Position numbers and translations under genes: made by a program
NCBI GenBank assembly: GCA_963665845.2
Contig: OY762492.1
Coordinates: 1,632,001 to 1,696,000, forward strand
DNA from: Candidatus Poribacteria bacterium
GTDB taxonomy: Bacteria > Poribacteria > WGA-4E > GCA-2687025
Reading direction: 5' to 3'
Length of the DNA: 64,000 nucleotides
Shown: positions 11,290-19,412 of the stretch, in pieces
Layout: every line of letters begins with the position of its first letter
Position numbering within the stretch: position 1 is the stretch's first letter
Notes under the pieces: model-generated
What the model was told of the DNA's origin: nothing
The model's database searches: none
The model's input: the letters and a program-made list of their open reading frames with translations, nothing else

Positions 11290-11547
11290 AGTACGCTCAT
11301 ACAGAGATATTCGCGGCGCCGCGTCCGATTCCCCCCTTGAAAAGGGGGGCTAGGGGGGTTTTCTAGGCGTGGGCGGCGCGTCCGATTCCCCCCTTGAAAA
11401 GGGAGGCTAGGGGGGTTTTCTAGGCGTGGGCGGCGCGTCCGATTCCCCCCTTGAAAAGGAGGCTAGGGGGGTTTAAGGCGTGGGCGGCGCCTCTGGATTC
11501 CCGCTTGCGCGGGAATGACGGCGGGTTGCGCGAACGCTTAGGGTCAT
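11290..11547 (+). repeat. Composite REP element with three tandem REP-A and one REP-B
   Basis: REP-A near 11330, 11386 and 11444; REP-B near 11496. Same ends as 4937-5092. Confidence 0.85.
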
Positions 11548-11588
11548 AGCGGCTTCCCGCGCGTCATTTTCCCGCATCATTCCCCGTA

Positions 11589-12272
11589 TCAAGGGACAAG
11601 CGGGAACGATCCGTCAGGCGAGACGAGCAGCCGCGCGTCATAGGCGGCTTCGGCGTATCTTGCGGCTCTCTTTCCGCGCGTCCGATCCGCTTCTTTAGAT
11701 CCAGAGCGGCCGCGGTAGATTCCCTTTCCTGCCTCGGTCGCTTCTACCGCCGCTTCAAACGCCGCCCATTCCGCCGGCGCCGCCTGTTTCAGCGCGTCAA
11801 TCGTCTCTTTATACCTTCGCCGCGCCTTCTCCGCCGCGTCCACTAGGTCCGGCGCCTGCGCCTGAACCATCAGCGCCTTTGCCAACTTGATGTACCGCTC
11901 CCTCCCCTCATGGTACCATTCCGCCGCTCTGCCGATCGCCGCGTCCAGCGCCGCCTGCTCCGCCCGTTTCGCGTCCCCGACCAGCTTTTTCACTTCGGCG
12001 TCGTATTTTGCCTTGTGCTTTATATAGTTCTCCCATGTATGGCGGTACATCGTCCACCCGTCTATATAACCAAGATAGGTCGCTCTCCATATCACCGTAT
12101 TCTGCGCCAGTTCATACGAGAACCATTCCGCCGGCGCCGCCTCTTCAAGCGACCTCTGCGCCGTCTTGTATGTTCTCCAATACCCGCCAACGCAGCCCGA
12201 CAGCAGAACCGCCGCGGCTGTCAAGAGCGCCGCCATGACGCCGTATGTTGTCCGCCGTTTTGGTCGATTCAT
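11589..12272 (-). CDS. Hypothetical lipoprotein
   Basis: Signal ending LLSGC; internal repeat AAPAEW; GAGGAG RBS before MNRPK. Confidence 0.6.
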   Translation of the reverse strand: MNRPKRRTTYGVMAALLTAAAVLLSGCVGGYWRTYKTAQRSLEEAAPAEWFSYELAQNTVIWRATYLGYIDGWTMYRHTWENYIKHKAKYDAEVKKLVGDAKRAEQAALDAAIGRAAEWYHEGRERYIKLAKALMVQAQAPDLVDAAEKARRRYKETIDALKQAAPAEWAAFEAAVEATEAGKGIYRGRSGSKEADRTRGKRAARYAEAAYDARLLVSPDGSFPLVP

Positions 12273-12376
12273 GCGCTTCTCCTCGTTTCGCAGTTCGCAA
12301 TACGCCCGCGCTATGATCATAACATCGACATGACAGCGTTAGCGAATCAGCCGCCGCGCCCTTCCTTTAAACCCCC

Positions 12377-13114
12377 CTAGCCCCCCTTTTCAAGCGGGGA
12401 ATCGGACGCGCCGCGGACGACGCGCGCCGCGCCCCAGCGTTGGAGCGGTTCGTCGCCGTTTGCGTCATGGTAGGTCGGTATCCAGACCCACCGGTCCTGT
12501 TTGACCGCGTTCGGATGGCTTGCGTGAAGCGTCAGATCATGAAAAAAGACGGCGCCGCCCGCCTCGATTTCAGCCGTGACCGCGTCCGTTTCGTCAACGC
12601 TTTTCGGGTCAAGCCGATGCCCAAAACCGTGTCCGTCGCTCGCGTCGCCGTCATGCGTCAGATGCAGCTTGTGGGAGCCTGGGAGCAGTTTGAGGCAGCC
12701 GTTCTCGATGGTCGCGTCGTCTAGGGCGACCCAGATGGAGATTTTGTGGTCATTCCCCCAGTAGCTCCAGTCTTGGTGCCATGGGCTGTCGAAGGTCGTA
12801 TCTTCGTTTTTGAAACAGACCTTGTCGCTCAAAAAACGTATATCGGCGCCGAGCAGCGTTTCCAGCGCGTCCAGCAGTCTCGGATCGGCGACCGCTTGAT
12901 GAAACAGCTTGCTGCGCTGCACAAGTCCGACGCAGACGCCGGCGGGGAAAAGCGTTTTCGGGTCGCGCCCCTGCGCCTCCGCCTCGGCGGCGACCTGCTG
13001 GACAATGCGCTTGCATTCGGTTTTGAGCCTGTCCGTTTCGTCTCGGTTGAAAAGATGCGGGATGACAGCGAATCCGTCCCGCTGAAAGTTGTCGGCAAAT
13101 GCGCGGAGGTTCAT
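12377..13114 (-). CDS. Phytanoyl-CoA dioxygenase (PhyH) family Fe/2OG enzyme
   Basis: PWHQD, VALDDATIENGCL..PGSH, LHAS. The C-terminus and stop codon come from a REP-A. Confidence 0.9.
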   Translation of the reverse strand: MNLRAFADNFQRDGFAVIPHLFNRDETDRLKTECKRIVQQVAAEAEAQGRDPKTLFPAGVCVGLVQRSKLFHQAVADPRLLDALETLLGADIRFLSDKVCFKNEDTTFDSPWHQDWSYWGNDHKISIWVALDDATIENGCLKLLPGSHKLHLTHDGDASDGHGFGHRLDPKSVDETDAVTAEIEAGGAVFFHDLTLHASHPNAVKQDRWVWIPTYHDANGDEPLQRWGAARVVRGASDSPLEKGG

Positions 13115-13228
13115 GGTTTTGTCCTAAAGCCTGTGCGGGCATTGTATGCGCTTTTTCGTTTTAAGGCAAACGCCTGCATCCGAGGCGGTCTCTCTATAGG
13201 CGGCGACGCATGCATTCTGGGCGCGGCT

Positions 13229-13331
13229 AAAACCCCCCTAGCCCCCCTTTTCAAGGGGGAATCGGACGCGGCGCCGCAGACGACGTTCGCGTTCGCCAAG
13301 CGGCATGTCCCAACTAAAGACACAAGGTCAG
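13229..13331 (-). repeat. REP-A plus one MITE terminal repeat
   Basis: CCCCCTAGCCCCCTTTTCAAGGGGGAATCGGACGCG...CATGTCCCAACTAAAGACACAAGGTCAG. Confidence 0.75.
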
Positions 13332-13413
13332 TACTGCCGCTTGCCCCGCCCCGCGGTATGCGGTAACGTGTCCGCGCTGCATGTTTAGCCGCAGATTCAG
13401 ATGGGAGAACGGC

Positions 13414-14052
13414 ATGAAGGTACTTGCGTTATTCGGCGTCGATCAAGGTTTTCAGCACACATCGGACAGCATCAAGGAGCTGCTGTCGAACGCGGACGGG
13501 TTGAATGTTGAAGCGGCGGAGGGGCTTGATTCGCTCAACTCGCCGCTCGCGGATGTGGACCTGGTTGTCTTCAGCATCGGCTTCGCCCGCATTGAACAGA
13601 CAGACAGCGGACGCCGCTGGGTTCCGTCGCTGACGGCTAAACAGGAGGAGCGGCTCTTTGCGTATGTGCGCGGCGGCGGAGGGCTTGCCGCCATACACGG
13701 CGCGGCATGGAACATCGCTGGGCGGTATATGGACCTTCTCGGAGGCGCCGCCAACTGGCATCCCCCTGGCTTGACCTTCACCGTCAACATTGCCGACTCT
13801 GACCATCCGGCGCTGGACGGCGTCAACGACTTTGAGGTGGACGATGAAATTTACATGACCGCATGCGACCCCGCCGTAGAAACGCTTGCGACAGCGCGCT
13901 GGGAAAACCGAAACCATCCGGTCGCCTGGGCAAAAACATACGGCGATGGGCGCGTCTTTTACACGGCTCTCGGACATGGTCCCTCCACCTTTGAAAAGCC
14001 CGACATGCAGAAAATGCTGACGCAGGGCTTGCGCTGGGCGGGCGGAGCCTAA
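13414..14052 (+). CDS. ThuA-domain protein
   Basis: GGGLAAIHGA, DEIY, YGDGRVFYTALGH. Confidence 0.85.
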   Translation: MKVLALFGVDQGFQHTSDSIKELLSNADGLNVEAAEGLDSLNSPLADVDLVVFSIGFARIEQTDSGRRWVPSLTAKQEERLFAYVRGGGGLAAIHGAAWNIAGRYMDLLGGAANWHPPGLTFTVNIADSDHPALDGVNDFEVDDEIYMTACDPAVETLATARWENRNHPVAWAKTYGDGRVFYTALGHGPSTFEKPDMQKMLTQGLRWAGGA

Positions 14053-14055
14053 ACG

Positions 14056-14886
14056 ATGCCTGATTTGCCGCGCGTCAACATCGGCGGGCTGTCGGTCAGC
14101 AAACTGATCATCGGCGACAACCCGATGTACGGATATTCCCATTTCAACCAGCTGCTCTCCAGCCATTATGTGGAGTGGCACACGCCCGACCGCGTCATAG
14201 AAGCGCTGCGCCGGGCGGAGCAGGTCGGGATCAACGCCTGGCAAAACTCGCTTACGAACCGCTCCGTATCGGACGCGCAGCGGTATTTAAAAGAGGGCGG
14301 TTCCGTCCACTGGTTCGCGTTGAGCTGGTCGGGCGAATGGTACGACGACCCGTCCAAAACAGCGCGGGACGCCCAGCACGGACCCGCCGCGATGGCGCCC
14401 CACGGCGGCGGAGTCGGCGACCGCTGTTTTCGAGAAGGCAAGCTGGACCTGCTGAAGGACATTCTGAAACGGGTACGGGACGCGGGAACGCTGGTCGGCT
14501 TGTCGGCGCATGACCCGCGCCTCGTCGAGACGGCGGAGGAAGAGGGCTGGGATGTGGACTACTACATGACGGCTCTTTACCATCTCAGCGCCGCCCGAAG
14601 AGAGTTCGTTCAGAAGTTTGGGCATGAGCCGATGGGCGAAATCTACCTGCGCGGGCATCGAGACCGCATGCTAGATGTTGTCAAAAGCGTTTCCAAGCCG
14701 TGCATCGTGTATAAGGTTTTGGCGGCGGGTCGGGCGATTCAATCCAAAGAACGCATACGCAGCGAATTCGCCTATGCGCTGGAACGCATGAAGACGAACG
14801 ACGCGCTGCTGGTCGGGATGTACCAAAAATACGGCGATCAGATTGGGGAGAACGCCGCGCTGGTCGCCGAGCTGTGCGCCGAATAG
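14056..14886 (+). CDS. Aldo/keto-reductase-like hypothetical protein
   Basis: VSKLIIGDNP..GYSH; YKVLAAGR. Confidence 0.6.
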   Translation: MPDLPRVNIGGLSVSKLIIGDNPMYGYSHFNQLLSSHYVEWHTPDRVIEALRRAEQVGINAWQNSLTNRSVSDAQRYLKEGGSVHWFALSWSGEWYDDPSKTARDAQHGPAAMAPHGGGVGDRCFREGKLDLLKDILKRVRDAGTLVGLSAHDPRLVETAEEEGWDVDYYMTALYHLSAARREFVQKFGHEPMGEIYLRGHRDRMLDVVKSVSKPCIVYKVLAAGRAIQSKERIRSEFAYALERMKTNDALLVGMYQKYGDQIGENAALVAELCAE

Positions 14887-14947
14887 ATGCCGAGCGGAAC
14901 ATCGTATGGTATGCTGAACGCGCTTCGATAAATTGCAAGCCAGGAGT

Positions 14948-15850
14948 ATGCAGATGGAGAAGTCAGACTATCGGGTTGGTTTTGTGGGCGTCGGGCGCAT
15001 GGGCGGAAACATGGCGATGCGCCTCAACGATGTCGGGTATGCCGTGACGGCCGTCTACGACGCGGACGAGGCGCGTACCAAATCGGTCGCGTCGAAGGTC
15101 GAATGCGAGGCGGCTTCGTCGCCGGCGGCGGTCGCGGAGCTGTCCAACACGGTCGTCACCGTTGTGACGGACGACGCGGCGATGCGCGCCGTCTACGCCG
15201 AAGAGTCGCCCGCCAGCCTGCTTCAGCATGCGGACGGGCGCGTGTTCATCAACTGCGCCACCCTGTCGCCGCAGATCCATCTGGACGTTGAGCGCCTCGT
15301 GGAGGCGCGCGGCGGCATGAGCGTCGAAGGATGCATGGCGAGCAGCATCACCCAAGCGCGCGAAGGGACGTTGTATTTAATGTGCGGCGGAAAGACGGAG
15401 GCGTTTGAGCGCGTCAAGCCGCTGCTGAACGACTTGAGCGTCAACCTGCGGCATGTCGGCGAAACGGGGCGCGCCGCCCAGGTCAAAGCGCTGGTCAACA
15501 TGGTCATGAACATCAACACGGCGGGGCTGGCGGAAGGTCTCGGCCTCGGCGACGCGCTCGGCTTGGATTTGACGATGCTTCAGGAGATCTTTTCGCAGAC
15601 AGGCGCCAATTCGCGCGTTCTGGAGACGGACGGGGAGGATATGCAGCATCGAGATCATGAATGTTATTTTTCTGCAGCGCATGCCGCCAAAGATTCCGGC
15701 ATTGCGCTGACGCTGGCGGACGAAGAAGGGCTGAACCTTCCGCTGGCGCGCGCGACCTACGATCAGTTTAAGAAGATGACCGACATCGGAAAAGGCGAAC
15801 TGGACAAGTCGGGCGTCGCGGAATTGACCTTCAAAGGTCGAAACAAATAG
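14948..15850 (+). CDS. NAD(P)-dependent oxidoreductase (3-hydroxyisobutyrate/6PGD-like family)
   Basis: GFVGVGRMGGNMA; KALVNM; KDSGIA. GGAG RBS before ATG 14948. Confidence 0.88.
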   Translation: MQMEKSDYRVGFVGVGRMGGNMAMRLNDVGYAVTAVYDADEARTKSVASKVECEAASSPAAVAELSNTVVTVVTDDAAMRAVYAEESPASLLQHADGRVFINCATLSPQIHLDVERLVEARGGMSVEGCMASSITQAREGTLYLMCGGKTEAFERVKPLLNDLSVNLRHVGETGRAAQVKALVNMVMNINTAGLAEGLGLGDALGLDLTMLQEIFSQTGANSRVLETDGEDMQHRDHECYFSAAHAAKDSGIALTLADEEGLNLPLARATYDQFKKMTDIGKGELDKSGVAELTFKGRNK

Positions 15851-16033
15851 CGGCGTCAAGTTTGAAGGAGTGAGCGGTCTCTACAGACGATGGTTTTGAT
15901 TTTAGGATGCCGTTATCGAATGCGTAAGCTGTCTGGGAGAACTCTGGATTCCCGCTTACGCGGGAATGACGGCGTCCGATATAAACAAGATTTTCACATA
16001 TTCTCGTTGTGAAGAATACCGAGGAGTGAGCGC

Positions 16034-17494
16034 GTGAACGAAGAACCGATCCAGGAAATGAACGAAGAAGAGGCGGCGGGTCCGTCCATACCGCTGAAGA
16101 CAGCGGAGATGCCGGAGCGTACGAAGTCGTTTTGGAAGCTGGCGGGTCCGGGGGCGGTGCTGGTCGGCTTGTCCATCGGCAGCGGGGAGCTGGTGCTTTG
16201 GCCGACCATCGCGGCGGAATACGGCAGCTCCATGATGTGGGCGGCGGGCTTGGGTCTGTTTGCGCAGCTCTGGGTCAATTTTGAGGTGGCGCGCTGGTCG
16301 GTCGCGACGGGAGAGAGCTCGTTTTCAGGCTTCGCGCGGGTCTGGCGCGGTTTCGGCTGGGTGTTCATCATCCTCACCGTCATGGCATGGATCGCCCCTG
16401 GCTGGGCGCAGTCGTCCGGTCTAGCGCTCAAGGCGCTCCTCGTTGGACCGGAGGGGTTCGGCTCCAACACCTTCTGGACGGCGGTAACGTTCCTGCTCGC
16501 CGCGGCGCTGCTGTTTGGACCCAAGCTGGTGTACACCGGCGTTGAACGTTCCATTGAGCTGCTGATCATCATCGTTGTGACAGGTTTGATTGCGGTCGCT
16601 TTTGCGGTCGGGACGGCGGAGCATTGGGGTCAATTAGGCAGGGGACTGGTGAACTTCGGCCATGTCGAAGAGGGTATGAAAGTCATAGATCTGTTCAGCG
16701 CCGCGGTCTTCGCCGGCGCCGGCGGCACCGCAAACCTGTTTTACGCCTTCTATCTGCGCGACAAGAAGATCGGAATGAGCGCCCGTCTGCCGAGCCTTGA
16801 GAACCCATTTCGAGGACGCCGAGAAACGGTCCCGGCGGCAGGTTTCATCTACGACGATTCAAACCCTGAAAACGGACGCCGTTTCCGCGACTGGTTTTCC
16901 TATATCCGCAAAGATCAGACGCTGTTCTTCTTCGGCTTGAACGCTCTGACGATGTGCCTCTTTATCTTTGGCTCTCTGGCAACGCTTCATCCGCGGGGAA
17001 TTGTCCCTGAATCGGGCATGCTGGTCTATCGGGAAGCGGAGATGCTTGTCCCTATCTGGGGCGAGCTGGGGCGCAAACTCTTCTTGCTTGTCGGCGTGGC
17101 GACGCTCTTTTCAACGCAGCTCGCGCTCATTGACGGCTGCGCGCGTTCCGTGTCAGACATCCTGTACTTCAATGTGCCGGCGACGCGCAAACGCAGCCTC
17201 TCATGGTGGTATATGCTCATTGCGATCGGATGGATGATCGCCGGGACGCTCATCGTCTGGATCATGGAGCAGTTAGGAACCAGCACCTTGAGCGTCTTTT
17301 TCAAGGCGGCGTTCATGGGCGGAATCGCCATGGCGGTTTATGTGCCGCTGCTGCTGTATATGAACCTCAAAAAACTGCCGAAATCGGCGCGCCCTGGACC
17401 CGTCCATACCGCCTTTACAGCGCTCGTCGGGTTGGCGTATGTCGTGTTTGCCGTCTGGTCAATTGTTGAGTGGATCATGGGCCTTGGCGGATGA
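16034..17494 (+). CDS. Nramp-related multi-pass transporter
   Basis: GPGAVLVGLSIGSGELVLWP; about 11 TM segments. Confidence 0.8.
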   Translation: MNEEPIQEMNEEEAAGPSIPLKTAEMPERTKSFWKLAGPGAVLVGLSIGSGELVLWPTIAAEYGSSMMWAAGLGLFAQLWVNFEVARWSVATGESSFSGFARVWRGFGWVFIILTVMAWIAPGWAQSSGLALKALLVGPEGFGSNTFWTAVTFLLAAALLFGPKLVYTGVERSIELLIIIVVTGLIAVAFAVGTAEHWGQLGRGLVNFGHVEEGMKVIDLFSAAVFAGAGGTANLFYAFYLRDKKIGMSARLPSLENPFRGRRETVPAAGFIYDDSNPENGRRFRDWFSYIRKDQTLFFFGLNALTMCLFIFGSLATLHPRGIVPESGMLVYREAEMLVPIWGELGRKLFLLVGVATLFSTQLALIDGCARSVSDILYFNVPATRKRSLSWWYMLIAIGWMIAGTLIVWIMEQLGTSTLSVFFKAAFMGGIAMAVYVPLLLYMNLKKLPKSARPGPVHTAFTALVGLAYVVFAVWSIVEWIMGLGG

Positions 17495-19149
17495 CGCAGG
17501 AGAGTTCTTCTCCGCCGAAAAGCGCGAACCCGCGGCGGCATGATTTAGACGCCCTGCGCGCCTTTGCGATGCTGATCGGCGTCGGGCTGCATGCGGCGCT
17601 GGCGTTTATACCGGGCGCATGGATCGTCCAGGATACTCAAACAAACGAATGGTTCGGCATCTTTTTAGCGGCGACGCATGGGTTCCGCATGCCGGTCTTC
17701 TTTGTGATGAGCGGCTTTTTTACAGCGATGCTTTGGCGCCGGCGCGGCTTGATCCCGCTTCTACAGCACCGGTTCAAGCGCATTTTCATACCGTTTCTGC
17801 TCGGCTGCATTACCATCGTTCCGCTTTTGTACCTCCTCTACGGAGTCGCCATTGAGCAGTCGATGGAGGACGCAGGCAAAGTCGACACTCTATGGACGGC
17901 CGCCGGCGAAGGAGATGTGGACGCCATTAGGATCTATGCCGAGGCGGGCGCCGACCTGAACGCGCATGAGCCAATCGGCGGGTCGACAGCGTTGACGATC
18001 GCCGCCGTCAGCGGGAAGCCGAACGCGGTGGAGGCGCTGTTGAAAGCGGGCGCCGACCCGAACGCGCGCAACCGCGACACCGGAACGGCGCTCATAGCGG
18101 CATCCTTTTTCGGACGCGCCGAATCGATGAAACTGCTCTTAGAGGCGGGCGGCGACCCCGACCTTCCCAAAAACGACGGATCCACCGCGCGAACGGCGCT
18201 GAAAACGGACCGAAAGACGACCGAGTTCGTCGCCGCCATAATACAGATGAAGATCAACTGGGAGGAAACGGTCGACGGGCGGAAGCGAATCGCGCGCATG
18301 CTGGGCGATACCGCGGCGGAGGAAGAGGCAGCGACGAGCGGAGAAAGCGGCATCGCCCGCGCCGCGTCTTCTATTTATGAAGCGGTAACAAGCATATCGT
18401 TTCATCATCTTTGGTTTCTCTGGTTCCTATGCATTCTGGCGGCGCTCTTTGCCGTTTACGCGCTTCTGTCGGACAAGTACGGCTGGCGCCCCGCCGCCGG
18501 CGCATGGATACTTTCGCCGATGCGGTATCTCTGGCTCCTGCCGCTCACGATGATTCCGCAATGGTGGATGTACGAGTACTCCTACGGGCCGGACACCTCG
18601 GACGGCGTGATTCCAATGCCGCATCTGGTTCTGTATTACGCGGTCTTTTTCGGTTTCGGCGCCGTCTATTACGATTGCGGAGACGAGGAGGGGCGGGTCG
18701 GGAGATGGTGGTTCTTGACCGTTCCGTTCTCGCTGCTGGTTCTGTTTCCGCTCGGCATCGGCGCAACCTATGAGTATAAGGAGATGGGGCTGCCTGAAGA
18801 ATGGGGCAGACCGTTGGCGGACCTGCTCCAGGTCTCTTACACGTGGCTCATGACGTTCGGGTTGATGGGTCTGTTTCGGCGGCTGCTTCAGCGGGAAAAC
18901 AGGGCGGTGCGCTATGTGTCCGATTCCACCTACTGGCTCTATCTGGCGCATCTGCCGCTGACCGTCTGGGCGCAGATCTGGATGAAGCATTGGAACTGGA
19001 ACCCGTTTGTCAAGTTCGCGTTCGTCTGCGTTCTCGTGACGGGCGTTGTGCTGGTCTCGTATGAGGCCTTTATCCGTTATACATGGGTCGGCGCCATGCT
19101 GAACGGGCGGAAGACGCGCCCCCAGCATCCAGAAGCCGCGCCTCTTTGA
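17491..19149 (+). CDS. OpgC/MdoC-like acyltransferase-3 protein with inserted ankyrin repeats
   Basis: RHDLDALRA, FRMPVFFVMSGFF, HHLWFL, YWLYLAH. Ankyrin repeats (STALTIAAVSG..ALLKAGADPN) in the middle. Confidence 0.85.
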   Translation: MTQESSSPPKSANPRRHDLDALRAFAMLIGVGLHAALAFIPGAWIVQDTQTNEWFGIFLAATHGFRMPVFFVMSGFFTAMLWRRRGLIPLLQHRFKRIFIPFLLGCITIVPLLYLLYGVAIEQSMEDAGKVDTLWTAAGEGDVDAIRIYAEAGADLNAHEPIGGSTALTIAAVSGKPNAVEALLKAGADPNARNRDTGTALIAASFFGRAESMKLLLEAGGDPDLPKNDGSTARTALKTDRKTTEFVAAIIQMKINWEETVDGRKRIARMLGDTAAEEEAATSGESGIARAASSIYEAVTSISFHHLWFLWFLCILAALFAVYALLSDKYGWRPAAGAWILSPMRYLWLLPLTMIPQWWMYEYSYGPDTSDGVIPMPHLVLYYAVFFGFGAVYYDCGDEEGRVGRWWFLTVPFSLLVLFPLGIGATYEYKEMGLPEEWGRPLADLLQVSYTWLMTFGLMGLFRRLLQRENRAVRYVSDSTYWLYLAHLPLTVWAQIWMKHWNWNPFVKFAFVCVLVTGVVLVSYEAFIRYTWVGAMLNGRKTRPQHPEAAPL

Positions 19150-19160
19150 GTTGAAAACGT

Positions 19161-19328
19161 CTGACCTTACGTCATTAAGTTGGACATGCCGGCGGGTGGA
19201 CGCGAACGTCCTCTGCGCCGCCTCTGGATTCCCGCTTACGCGGGAATGACGGTCTGGTTGGCGGCGCCTTTTTCCCATGAATAGAGCGATCGTCGGTTCA
19301 AATGTCCCAACTTTCAGCATGAGGTCAG
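19161..19328. mobile_element. ~168-bp MITE with ~27-bp terminal inverted repeats and an internal REP-B
   Basis: CTGACCTTACGTCATTAAGTTGGACAT ... ATGTCCCAACTTTCAGCATGAGGTCAG. An inverted copy lies at 26211-26379. Confidence 0.75.
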
Positions 19329-19412
19329 AAGAACTTCTCTGCACAAAACGGCAAAATATGGTATCATAAGATTGCCTAAACGAATACCGCCGCATTTGGG
19401 AGAATCGCCGCG

